Both the position numbers and the translations under genes were made by a program. 64,000 bases of DNA from a bacterium (lineage in GTDB: Bacteria; UBA8248), in assembly GCA_965213685.1 (NCBI GenBank), contig CBDBZY010000016.1, positions 128,001 through 192,000 on the forward strand, written 5' to 3'. The notes under the pieces were generated by a model. It made no database searches. It saw only the letters and a program-made list of their open reading frames with translations, and was not told where the DNA came from. Of the stretch, positions 1 to 26,742 are shown piece after piece; within the stretch, counting starts at the first letter, position 1, and each line of letters begins with the position of its first letter.

Positions 1-30
1 CCACCCGGCCCTCAGGGTAGGGCCAATGAA

Positions 31-225
31 ATGCCTGTTGCCATGGCAGGGTGGGTGTGGCTGGATGCCTGTTGCCATGGCAAGGTGGGTGTGGTTGGAT
101 GCCTGATACCATGGCAGGGTGGGTGTGGCTGGATGCCTGTTGCCATGGCAGGGTGGGTGTGGCTGGATGCCTGTTGCCATGGCAGGGTGGGTGTGGCTGG
201 AGCCTGTTGCCATGGCAGGGTGTGT
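31..225. repeat. 34-bp minisatellite, about 5.5 copies
   Basis: Tandem unit ATGCCTGTTGCCATGGCAGGGTGGGTGTGGCTGG read directly from the sequence. Confidence 0.9.
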
Positions 226-878
226 GCCATACTCTGGAGGGCAGTGGGCAGGGGAAGAGGTGAGAACAGCATCTCCCTCTGATGTGGGCACCGTTGACAC
301 CATATCTGCCAAAATTAGCACCACAACTCACCCAACCACCTATGTGGCAATAGGCTAGACCTGGTCATATTCCATAATGCTCCATATATGGCTAGGTCTG
401 TATGCATATCCTGGGCTCTTGGTAGTAGCATTAATACGTGTCTCTAATATCTATGGTAGTAGCACCATCACAGCTAGATGTGTCACAATAGCAACAGCAA
501 CACTGCTCCACCTTTGCCTACTCCAGTCATGTGATGCCTAGTCACTTGATACTGTGTCCAGTCACATGATACTTAGTACAGTCTAGTTGTGCGATTGACT
601 ACTTGCGGTGCCACTGTTCTGTCCTTGACCACCACTTATTTGTCAGCCACTATTTGTAGCATTGACCGTGTACTTGTCTTATGATTATGGTTTTTCAGTT
701 ACAGCAATCAAAAAGATAACAATGATGTAATACATTCTGTCCTAATTAATGACATGATGTCTACACAATTGACTCTATGGTTCCATGTCAACTCAACACC
801 CACTCCACCCCTCCCCTCCCCCCTCCCCCTCCTCCTCCTCCTCCTCCTCCTCCTCCTCCTCCTCCCCTGCCTGCCAGT

Positions 879-2317
<1,439 letters not shown>

Positions 2318-3330
2318 CTAGGGGGAGGAGGAGGGAGGCGGGGAGAAGAGGGAAGATAGGGGGAAGGAGGGAGGGAGAGAGACAGGAAAGCAGGGTAAAG
2401 GGAGTAGGGGAGAAGGGAGGAGGGAGGGGAGGAGGGAGGGGAGCAGGGGAGAAGGGAGGAGGGAGGGGAGGAGGGAGGGGAGGAGGGAGAGAAGACAAAA
2501 AGGAATAAAGTGTGAAGTCGACTGTGCATGTAAACACATTACGAGTGCTACAGCACTCAATCGACCATGAGGGGAAATGAGGTCAAATTGCCTCAGTTGA
2601 GCAGCCACCGATTAGTCTCATACCCAGACCCTTTCCTCCAACGGATAGTCATCACGTGCGTGATCACTATATATTTGGGGAAAGGTGAGAGCCAATATGG
2701 GCAGAGCTTCAGTCCAGCTACTGCAAAGCATTTTGTCTCAACACCAGACAATGGTCCTGCCATCGACAGCCGACGCCAGATCGCTCTACACGTTGAATAC
2801 TCTCTAGAAAACTTTACTGGTGTTGTCTTGTGTGTACTGGGTCGGGTCTGATAGGCTGTGAATTGGAAGATAGTCAATACGTATTGCGAGCGAGGGTGTG
2901 GTCACCCAATACACTCGCCATACTCACACACTACCGGCTGCTTGTTTGAGGGAGGCAGTGAGCCGGGAATAACGCACACGGCATTTGAAAGTGAGCGTTA
3001 ATTAGAGGTTGCTCCCACTTCACCTTTCCACCCTCGCGACGCGCCTGTACCCACCTCGTTTGTGTGTCTTCCGCCACGGAAATACTCAGCTAGCCAAAAT
3101 AGAACTGCCAACGACTTTCGCTGAGTCGCCCTGAGAGGTCCCTTACCGAAATGGGCGAGGTCAATTACTAATTAATGCGCACTGAGTTGGGCGTGGACCC
3201 CATGGATCCAGACCGTGCCGCGCCGCGCCGCGCCGCGCTGCTAACCACGCTGCAGTCGGCCATTTACGCACTGGAATATGCTTAGTCTGACCACAGACAT
3301 TATAGCTCCGGCACGTCTGTAACCGCTATA

Positions 3331-4084
3331 GGTATTTCCCACAGAAAGGTGTGAAGAAATGTTAATTAGAAATTTAGTTCCGCTTAACGGCGGAAGCGGA
3401 TGTGCCACGCCCCTTGGAGGGCTATCGCGAGCCTTAGTAACGTTGCGACATTGGCCTATGTAGCAAAAAACCTTATTCGCGGTGCGAAAATGAGCGACTC
3501 TCTCCTTAGTTGACTACAACGGTGAAAGCTTGTAAGTTCTCTACGTTGGGGCTTAAAGAAAAACGACGATCTCTACGTTGCACACCACCGTGCCACTGAC
3601 TTCGTGAATCAGTGACATGTCGATGTGGCCCAACACCGAGTTTGGCAACATTGCAGGGAGGCAGAGGTGTGAGTGCTTCGATTCAGCGGTACTAGCCGTC
3701 TTCTGACAGCAGGAGGTAAATTTGAATGCTCACTACATTCATAGATACTATACCTTACGTTCCGTAAGGTATAGTATCTACGCTGAAGGTGATGAGGCTT
3801 CGGAGCCTGCTCATTGTAGCTCCTCGACTTATCAGAGAGCGAACTCCAGCCAAACCTGCTACAGCAGAGCAGTCGTTCACCATGACAGCTTAGTCGCAAA
3901 AACCCTGCGTACAGCGTTCGCCAGCCGCGGCACTCGCACTTGACCCGTCCCTATCGAATCGCGTTACTAAGGCTCGCGCAATCGCGGCGGTGGCCCTCCA
4001 AGGGGCGTGGCACATCCGCTTCCGCCTTTAACCGGAACTACATTTCTAATTAACATTCCTTCACACCTTCTCGTGGGAAATACC
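3331..4084. mobile_element. Non-autonomous DNA transposon (MITE) with long terminal inverted repeats
   Basis: Left GGTATTTCCCACAGAAAGGTGTGAAGAAATGTTAATTAGAAAT...GCCACGCCCCTTGGAGGGC matches the reverse complement of about 3960-4084 over roughly 100 bp. Flanked by TA on both sides. No transposase ORF. Confidence 0.85.
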
Positions 4085-4300
4085 TATCCGTACTCACAGG
4101 AGAGGCAGCCTTCTGGCTAGTCTCGTGAACCAGACCGTACTCCGTGAACGCGCATGCGCACGGGTAGGAAGTCTCGTACCCGTACCAGGCACCACCCACA
4201 AAGTAAGGTGGAGCCTCGTATTAGCGGGCTTTGGCGTGTCGCCTATGGCAAAATCAATGTTCGGCTATATATGACAAAAATTGTGCCTAGCCTGTCGCAA

Positions 4301-4372
4301 GCGGTGGATGGCCGAGTGGTATACGCGAGTGGGCTCGTAAGCCGCTAGGTCCCGGTTCGAATCCAACCAAGA
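4301..4372 (+). other. tRNA-like Pol III head (SINE-like or tRNA pseudogene)
   Basis: A box TGGCCGAGTGG, B box GGTTCGAATCC, followed by a T-run. The acceptor stem does not pair, so it is not called a functional tRNA. Confidence 0.55.
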
Positions 4373-4779
4373 CTTCTTTCTTTTCTTTTTTTTTCCGCCA
4401 GAATAACTGGTTGACGGGTATATATACAAGAACTTTTACATTACTTTCCGACCAGGGCCTGGTAGCCAAGTCGATTGGCTAGCAGTAGTCCCAAGTGACT
4501 TATCTCAGCGTGGGAACTAGACGGCATAGGTTCGAACCCCGGAGGGTTGGCGGACTGAAACCGGCTAGAGGATCAGAGCAATACGGGCTGGCAGCTCGGT
4601 ATGGTCTGGGGGCCGCTCTGACTCCTCCCCTTAACCCCACCAGAGAGTTGCGGAGGATCGCGGTTAGGGGTGTCAGCCGCCAGCTGCAAGGAGGAGGGGT
4701 GCTCTAGCTCTGCCACTCCCTGCTCACGCATAACATAGTGGTAACCTAATCACCAAGACCTCACCTCGTAGGCCGTCCC

Positions 4780-5270
4780 TTTTGTTTTCTTTTTTCCGTT
4801 TTTCTCTGTTCTTTTTCTTGTTTTCTTTTTTTCTTCTTTTCTTTTTCTTCCTTTTCTTTTTCTTTTTCTTTTTCTTTTTTTTCTTTTCCTTTACTCTTTC
4901 TTTTCTTTTTTCTTTCTTTTTTTCTTTTTCTTTTCTTTTCCTTTGCTCTTTCTTTTGCCTTTCTTTTTTCTACTGTTTTCTCACTTTTTCTCTTTCTTCT
5001 TTTCCTCTTTTTTCTTTTTCTTGTTTTCCTTTTTTCTTTTCTTTTTCTTCCTTTTCTTTTTCTTTTTCTTCTTCTTTTTGTTTTCTTTTTTCTTTTCTCG
5101 TTTTTCTTTTTCTTTTTCTTTGCTCTTTCTTTTTCTTTTGCCTTTCTTTTTTTATTTTTCCTCTTCTTTTTTCTACTGCTTTCTCTCACTTTTTCTCTTT
5201 CTTCTTTTCCTCTTTTCCTTTTTTCTGTTGTTTGTATCTTTTATCTGTACGTCTTTTATCATTTCATCAT
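4780..5270. repeat. T/C-rich low-complexity tract
   Basis: (TTTTC)-like runs with an internal duplication. Explains the Phe-rich and Lys-rich ORFs in the track. Confidence 0.9.
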
Positions 5271-5693
5271 CCGTGAATTTAGCCCTTTCCATCTGGAGGG
5301 TGCCCAAGGGTTAAATTGACCCTAAGGGTGAAGTTTCTCGTCGCGTTCAGCACGAACCATCTGCCACAAAAATAACTAATTTGTATAGGTGTCATGGTTA
5401 AAGAAGCGCTTGCACTGGAGCGGGCAGGAAGTTAGCTGATGCGATCAGCCATGCCTTCTGTACACGATTCGACTGAACTTGCACTCGTTTCTCCCCGCTC
5501 ATCGCCGTAGAGAGCTTATAAAAAAATTCGCCAAAAAAGCCAACCAACTCTATGGGACGTTTGTATAGAGAAAAAATAACTATATGATTGTGGCACTAAT
5601 CACCCCCATGCATAACCCCACCGATACTAGCCCGTCCCATCTTCCATTCGGTACGGGTTTTACGTTTACGTCACCGATCATCTCACGTGATTT

Positions 5694-5707
5694 GTTGCCA
5701 TGGCAAT
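5694..5707. promoter_or_regulatory. RFX X-box in the STPG1-like promoter
   Basis: GTTGCCATGGCAAT (reverse complement ATTGCCATGGCAAC fits RYYNYYATRRNRAC), 55 nt before the ATG of a ciliary-type gene. Adjacent TCACGTGA E-box. Confidence 0.75.
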
Positions 5708-5762
5708 ACGTTCACATGTTTAACAGTGGTGTTTGAGGACCGCATGCACTTGTGCGCACAGA

Positions 5763-10034
<4,272 letters not shown>

Positions 10035-10977
10035 CATTATCTCCGTATATTGTAGTATACTAAGGATATTATTTATTCATGGTCCAATGACATAGTTCGA
10101 ATTCTGTTTCGTCACCCAAGGTTTCTGTATTTATAAACCGGACGGGGTGGCGTTGCCAAAGCAGAAGATGGCAGTAGTCTGGAATGGAAAGTAGCGATTC
10201 CAAGTACTCACTGCGATGATATTGTTACTTGTAAGAGAACTTTCTTCTAGAGCGGTTCGAGATTATCTCTCCTCCCACTTTTCGCGTAACGCTAGTGAAT
10301 TCGCTCAGTGGCGCGGCCGCCTCCGTGTCTCTCCGGTATCCCTCCTTCTCTTCCTCCTGAGCTGTTATATCGTGTGTAGCCGTCTCGGCCCGGTCGTGAG
10401 CAGAGCGGGGCACCTGGCGATAGAAGCCTTCGAGGTGGAAAGGAGAATATTGGAAGAGTTCGACCAGGAAGGGTTGAGACTATTTCGTGAGGTGTTTGGA
10501 AAGTTTAGGACTGTTACCAGAGCGCCCTATCCCATCGTTCTCTTTGGAAGGTGAGGGTAGGGGGGCGGGAGGGAGTGAGGGAGGGGACAGTTTGTGAATA
10601 GACGTATCCGCTATGATTACTGTACATGTAGACTGCATTGGTTATGCGTATGTGTTAGCTGTGTTTTGCGCTTGCGGATGACGATGTGGAGGCAATGGTT
10701 TAGCTAATCAACGTCTGTCTACACACATGTACCTGTGACGGCAATAGCTGATAGCGCACTGTACATACACATAATTATATATTTTTCTAAGCCTTTGAGG
10801 CTGTTGCAAATTGTTGGTGTTTGTTCGTTTCTTTCTTCCTTCTTTTCCTTCCTCCTTTCTTCTAATGTAGTGTACTATATAATATCATTGTTAATGTACT
10901 TAAGAATGAGTGGGCACAGTATTATTGTATGTATCAGTACTCTCACCACTGATCATATGCTCATGTACACACATGCA

Positions 10978-11019
<42 letters not shown>

Positions 11020-11049
11020 TCATCGGATGATAACTTACTACAGGTAACC

Positions 11050-12207
11050 ATGGGCAACTGGACAAGCAAGTCAAAGAATGAATATCAACCGAATCCAGTG
11101 GAACCAACTGACCAGTCGGGGGCTGCTCCTGACCAGTCAGGGGCTGGGGCCGCTGTGAAGAAGGAGGTAGCTGACCTAACTGGCACTCCTCCAGAGGCTG
11201 GGGAGGGGCAGGGGGAGGGGCAAAAGAGGGAGGAGGAAGGAGGTGCAGGGAAGGAGGAAGGGAAGGAGGAAGGGAAGGAGGGAGGAGAGGAGGGAGGGAG
11301 AGAGGGAGAGGAGGGAGCAGGGAAGGAGGAAGGGAAGGAAGGAGGACAGGAGGGAGGGACAGAGGGGGAGGAGGGAGGAGGTGCAGGGAAGGAGGAGGGA
11401 AAGGAGGGAGGAGAGGGGGAGGAGGGAGGAGGTGCAGGGAAGGAGGGAGGAAGAGAGGAGGGGGAGGAAGGTGGACAAGGGATGCCAGAGAAATCTCTGC
11501 CCAATCGCCAGGTGGACAGGCTCCGCAAGGACAGCGAGTTCACTCTCCGCAGTATGGGCAGCACCGAGAGTCTGGCTGCACTCGGAGAACAGGACCGGCT
11601 CGATCCCGCGGACTACACAAAGCCAATAAAATTCAAAGTCATTCAGCCGACAATTCGAACAGGGGATCTGGCTCTGCTCTACCGCAGGGGACAAGGCATC
11701 CCGAATGTCGCCATCTTCATCAACCACAGCGACTGTGACCCTCTCTTCCCTCTGCTGCTGGTGAAGGGGAAGACGAAGCCGCTATCCCTGGAGAAGTTCC
11801 GTCCCAACAAGCCTCGCTTCATCCACCCCATCACCGCGACAACCAGGATTTTCTACGGTGACTACGACAAAGTTGCTGTCCAGTATCTCGAGACAGACAC
11901 TCCAATATCAGTCGAGGATGCAATGAAAGCTATCGACGAAGTTGAGAGGATTCCCTTCTCTCTGAAAGAGCAAGCGGCTATCAGAGCAGCAAAGTCCGAC
12001 GTCGAGAGAAGCCTCATCATCTGCACGTTCATGGCCGCTTACTACTACAAGCGTCTGGGGGTGTTCCAGAAAGAGCCCAACGAGGTGACCCCTGCCACTT
12101 TCCGTGATCACTTGAATCTGAGGGACCCGATTTACGTTAGGCTGCCCTCTGTGAAATTTGGGCCGATGGTCCATGGAGAGCCACCCTTTCTGAAGCAGCT
12201 AGTGTAA
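11050..12207 (+). CDS. Putatively N-myristoylated protein with Glu/Gly-rich linker and divergent permuted papain-like (NlpC/P60, YiiX-like) domain; single coding exon, 385 aa
   Basis: Start MGNWTSK after an acceptor near 11018. Motifs IRTGDLALL and ICTFMAAYYYKRLG..EVTPATF align with the downstream paralog. The His position appears to be Asn (PNVAIF). Confidence 0.75.
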   Translation: MGNWTSKSKNEYQPNPVEPTDQSGAAPDQSGAGAAVKKEVADLTGTPPEAGEGQGEGQKREEEGGAGKEEGKEEGKEGGEEGGREGEEGAGKEEGKEGGQEGGTEGEEGGGAGKEEGKEGGEGEEGGGAGKEGGREEGEEGGQGMPEKSLPNRQVDRLRKDSEFTLRSMGSTESLAALGEQDRLDPADYTKPIKFKVIQPTIRTGDLALLYRRGQGIPNVAIFINHSDCDPLFPLLLVKGKTKPLSLEKFRPNKPRFIHPITATTRIFYGDYDKVAVQYLETDTPISVEDAMKAIDEVERIPFSLKEQAAIRAAKSDVERSLIICTFMAAYYYKRLGVFQKEPNEVTPATFRDHLNLRDPIYVRLPSVKFGPMVHGEPPFLKQLV

Positions 12208-12485
12208 GTGAAGAGGGGGAGAGAGAGGGAAGGGAGGGAGGAGAGAGTGGGAAAGAGGTCAAAGAAGGAAGAGAAGGAAGAGGAATGGGTAAGGGAAGGG
12301 ATATAAGAAGCCTCCTCCACATGGTAGTCTTCCTGCTAGTACAGGTGGTGAGGCGGATGCTGGTGGCCATAAGTTCATTTGGGGCACTGAGCTTGTGGCC
12401 AGGGAACATCCCCTCATCATAAGTCAGTTCACTTCCCTTGTACTATATGGATGGTATAGTTGCGTGTACTTCCTGCCCTTTGACC

Positions 12486-12611
<126 letters not shown>

Positions 12612-12731
12612 TGTGTGTGCGTGTGTGTGTGTGCGTGCGTGCGTGCATGTGTGTGTGTGATGTTGGCTGCCTGTACTGGGCAGCTGTGTCTGGTTGGCAT
12701 GGCAGCAGCCAGGACAGTAGCCTCACAATGC

Positions 12732-14028
12732 ATGTCCTCAACATCTTCCATTCAGTAACTGAATAAGGACAGTGTTGATACATGTGTACCTAAACAGCAC
12801 CACTCACATCTCCCTCCTCCCTCCTTCCCCCTCCTCCTCCCTCCTTCCCCCTCCTCCTCCCTCCCTCTTTCCTTTCCTCTCCCTCCTCCCTCCCTCCTCC
12901 CTCCTTTCCCCCTCCTTCTCCCTCCCTCTCCTTTCCTCACCCTCTCTCATCTCCCTCTCTCTCCCTTCTCTCCCCCTCCTCCCCTCTCACCAACAGTGAT
13001 GGGATCTACCCTCCTGCCAATGTCAAGACTGTGTCCTATGACGAAGCTGTGAAGGGTCTAGACACAGGGGACCTGGTATTTTTCACAGGGGCCACAAGTC
13101 AGGGGGCCATCATAAAATTCTTCGACCACTCCCAATTCTCTCACATAGCACTGGTGAGGAGGGAGGGAGGGAAGGAGGAAGGAGGGAGAGAGGGAAGGAG
13201 GGGGGAGTAGATGAACAATTTTAAGTAAATCCCTCTAATTGGTCACCATGGTAATCATTACTCATCATTGTACTGGTAGTGACCGCATATCTGTTGTTTG
13301 TCAGGTTCTGAAGGCCAAGTACACATCCCAGCTGCTGCTATGGGAAGCCAGCACCAACCACGCCAGTGAGTGGCCAGACCAGTCCTGTCATTGTTGGTGT
13401 TCCCCACACCTTTCTCTCCTTCATCACATCTTTCTCTTATCCTTCACTCCCTCCCTCCCTCCCTCCCTCCCTCCCTCGCACCACCCCATCGCTACCTCAC
13501 CCCTACCCCTCATCCAAATCTCCCCTCCTCTCCCTCACAGAGCTGGTGGATGTCCAGTCGGGTCACGTGCAAACAGGTGTCGAGGTTCTTCCGCTCCGAA
13601 ACAAGATCTTCTCCGGATGGTACGACCGGGTAGCTGTGCGCCGCCTCTTGAACTTCACCAGAGAGGATCGTGAGAGGCTCTACAAGATCATGCTTCAGCT
13701 CCGGAAGGAGTGGATGGGACGGCCGTACGAGAAAAGCATGGTGCAGCTGGCTGTATCGGCCATCAACCCCAGTGACGTTTTCCTCTCTCTCTTCCAAAAC
13801 AAAGAAGAAGATCTCAGCAGCCTCTTCTGCAGTGAGCTAGTTGCCGCGGCCTACCAGAGGATGGGGCTGATCAAGAATGACCGTCCGTCCAACTCTTACA
13901 CTCCAGACGACTTCTCCAGCTCCCGAGACCACAAGATACTGTGTGAGGGAGTCCAGCTGAGCCCAGAGGAGTACATCAACCTCAAGTTCCCTCCCACACT
14001 GCTGTCCACACAGGAGAGTGTGTACTAG
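12732..14028 (+). CDS. Permuted papain-like amidase (YiiX/YaeF, C92-type NlpC/P60); exons 12732-12754, 12997-13153, 13305-13365, 13541-14028
   Basis: LDTGDLVFF, FSHIAL (catalytic His), LLLWEAS, GRPYE, LFCSELVAAAYQRMGL (catalytic Cys), SYTPDDF. Intron phases are consistent. The first exon is the least certain. Confidence 0.85.
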
Positions 14029-15173
14029 GACAGGAGGAGGAGGGTGGAGGGTGGAGGGTGAGGGGTGGGGAGGTGATCTTTTGACTAGGTTCCCCTTTTG
14101 ATTTTGAGTTTATGGATACGATTTGAGCTTTATAGCGATGGAACATACCTATAATTATCATAGCCAGTATAGCTTACTATGGGTGCAGTGTATAATTGGG
14201 GTTGTGGAGTCACACTACACAACAATGTATAACCTGTACATGTATAATTAATTTTAAAAAAACAAATATTTAATGTATATCCCCACATGAAGAGCTGTTC
14301 ACTGTATACAGCTGGGGGACAATAATTGAGCAACCAATAGCAGGGGCAAGGGGAGGGACTGGAGCATCACTGGAGGCCTAGTTTCTCTGTGAATGGATGG
14401 GCATGCAGCAATGGGAAGCAGTTGCAGGACCACTCATATCCACTGTTGAACTGCATCAGTGCATGTTTATACAGCCACAGTCTGTGACCATGTGACAATA
14501 TTATACATACACATACTGTGAGATTAGGTGCTGCTGAGTGGCAGTACAGGAACAGAACACACTAGCTAGCTACACTGGGGGACAAGAGTCAGCTTTGAGG
14601 GGGCCATTTCCCCTCAGCTATTAGTTTAGCTTTCTGTGCTCTTATGGCTTCTTGTCTCTTTACCTGAGAGAGAGAGAGAGAGAGAGAACCTCATGTCTTT
14701 TACCATCAACTAAGCCACCTCCCTCCCTCCTCACATACCAATTTGGAATGGTGCAGACACTCCAAGTAGTCCTCTCTCTCGTTGTGACACACTTTGAGGG
14801 ATACTGTGTCATGTTTTGCCAGGCAAGCCATGAAGTCTCGCCACAGAGTGTAGCACCTGCCACGCCCACCCTTCACTCCATGTCCTGATACCATTCTGTG
14901 GAAAGGCCACACACTGAACTCAGTAGGGAGAGGGAATGGCTTAGGAACAGAGAAGTCACTGGTGTCTTCCCCACTCCAAAATGATGCGCACCGCGTTAGG
15001 GGTGGATAATCGGTGCTCGTTAATTAGAAACAACCTTCGCATTCAGTGATAGATCCACGTACACCCGAAAGCTTTACGGCTTAACTGATTGGCAGTGCAA
15101 TGCAATTCGCAGCACATAATGTTCGTAGAAAGGGACAAAGAACTCACTTGTTTTTACTGTCGAAGCAGTTGTA

Positions 15174-15234
15174 TCACGTGACAAAGGGTAAAGATCACGT
15201 GATTGCTACCGGCTGTGTTAAATGCGCATGCGCA
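15174..15234. promoter_or_regulatory. RPS7 promoter: two TCACGTGA E-boxes and an NRF1-type palindrome
   Basis: TCACGTGA at 15174 and 15195; TGCGCATGCGCA at 15223-15234; upstream of a non-coding exon with donor at 15283. Confidence 0.6.
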
Positions 15235-15394
15235 TAAAGGACACTCCCTCTAGACACTCACGTTGTCGCTGAAGAAATCAAGGTAAGGATATAGCCAGCG
15301 TATCTGCCCCATATATCACAATCTTAACAGTCCATCCACATCAGTCATTGCTGTGGGCTGGAGTATAGACGTCTCTTTCGTTGTGCCCTTGCAG

Positions 15395-17129
<1,735 letters not shown>

Positions 17130-17582
17130 CGTCTTAGGCAGTGCTCTCAAGTCTGTCTATGAATCTTGTGAAAATGTGTATGTTTGCACCTGCAACGTAA
17201 ATTTTATTATGAAGAGAAGTACCCGCTTCACGCTCTGTCGTCAGTTTACCGTCTACTGATTTCACGAGCAAACCTCCCCGCAGCCTGCGCACGCATAGGC
17301 TCCCGACGTACGCGATGGCGATGTCCCTGCGCATGCGTACTTGCGTAAGAGTGCGCGTATCGCGCCACCCGCGGAATACAAAACAGCTGCATCAGCCCAC
17401 AGGACAGTATCGAGAAGAGACTAAGTATGGCATAACGTAATGGACCATGGTAGATACGTATTCCTACTCGTACAATTAAAAGCAGAAAATTATGCTGCAC
17501 ATGGTGAATAATAGCTAGACTCACTGTATCATCTGCTACCATCCCCCTCCATCTCAACTTGCCCCTCTCCCTCTCCTCAGCA

Positions 17583-20950
<3,368 letters not shown>

Positions 20951-21206
20951 GGGGTGAGGGATGAAGGGTGAGGCGGATATAAGAAAAGACGTTAGATACA
21001 TCCCTTCCACATAGAGATGGCTGCCTTAATTGTCACACTACCATATGCTATTCATTATGTCGTAATTAGGTCATTGCATGTACAGGAATACAATACAAAC
21101 ACGTTAGCAGTACATGCTCAGCAGTGTTCACCCAGCTCACCTCAATCTCATGTAAATATTCAACAAGTTCATAATAGAAGAATTGAGCATAAAATGAGTA
21201 TAATAT

Positions 21207-21239
<33 letters not shown>

Positions 21240-21367
21240 ATGTGATGATACATTCACTAGGTGTAGCTCATACAGCATGGTAAGGTATAACATTGCTTGT
21301 GATACATACTTAACGTGACTTGACATTGTGTAAAAAATTAAGTTTAGACAGCATATCCATAGCTCGA

Positions 21368-25451
<4,084 letters not shown>

Positions 25452-26003
25452 GCTTGCTACTGTTAAAACCGACTAAGGCTGAACTGAAGCGGAGCTCTAT
25501 ATGTTGGATTTTAATGGAAGTTCCGCATGCCATTTTCTCAATGACATGTTAATTGCTGTAGTCCTGTCACGGTGATTACATATAAAAACTGATTCAAAGG
25601 CACATTGAGTTGAACACGTACATTACCAGCTACAGTGTGGCATACATAAATTATATGGCACACATTGTACACATCTAGCTCAAAAACGTATCGACATCTT
25701 CTGAACCTGTATTTGAACTGATCAAATTCAAATTCAAAATTCAAATTCAAATTGAATCATGAGGGGGTCTCCAGACAGGTATATATGTAGAGGCCGGAGG
25801 TCGCTCTAGCATACTGTAGAGTGTGTATGTGTTATTATGCATTTAATATTTCCTATACTGACACTGCAAGGATGGCTATGCAGCCTCGTCCCCTAGCGAA
25901 GTCGATACGCGGACTTTTGCAAGGGGTCAAAGGTCGCGCATCCGTAGTCGCTTGCAGCGTAGCTAGCTGTGCGCACATGTACATGTCCATCAGTGATCCA
26001 CTC

Positions 26004-26175
<172 letters not shown>

Positions 26176-26179
26176 CCAT

Positions 26180-26450
26180 ACCTGTCCTGATACTGAGCTC
26201 CATACACTGATTCTTGACCCCTAACCTCCCACTGGAGGCTGGAGGTTGGAATGCTTCAGTGTGTACAACTGTCACTGACTTCTAAGGCCATTGTGGTCTA
26301 AAGGAAGCACCTTTACTGAAGCCATCATGTGTCTCGAGGTTGGCACCATAGGCTTGGTTGAGTGTGGTGTCCAGTGAGTCATACGAGGCCCCAAGGTTAG
26401 TTCACAGGAGGCTCCCTGTATCTAGCTAGTGGAACACTTGGCGAAGTTGA
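26180..26450 (-). pseudogene. Decayed copy of the receptor cytoplasmic-tail exon
   Basis: RYREPP, YDSLDTTLNQAYGANLE..ASFRPQ and a frameshifted KNPVYGA-like segment, with stops. Confidence 0.75.
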
Positions 26451-26665
26451 ACTGACCATTTTGCTTATTGTACATCGAGTTATTCTGCATTTCACATACA
26501 TTTCATTATGGAGGAACAGACCATAAAAGCACACAGCCACACATGCAGTCTGATGATACAATAGCCAGCTGGGACACACTGCCTGGCGAGGTATAAAAAA
26601 TATCAAAAATGCTTGCAACACAAACTAGACACTAGATGTGAATAAATGTATTAACAACTGAATGC

Positions 26666-26702
<37 letters not shown>

Positions 26703-26742
26703 CTCAATGTATAGCCACTCCAGTACCTCCAAACATCCACTC

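Noticed and set aside
232-305. Possible minus-strand exon of a gene running off the window
   Set aside because: AG/GT boundaries are present, but there is no recognisable product or partner exon.
4301-4372. tRNA-Thr(CGT) gene
   Set aside because: The acceptor stem does not pair and the anticodon stem has a mismatch.
10216-10554. 112-aa ORF
   Set aside because: More likely the CpG-rich 5' UTR exon (donor near 10551) of the gene starting at 11050.
12999-13052. ATG GGA start for the amidase
   Set aside because: That frame stops after 17 codons; the conserved motifs are in another frame.
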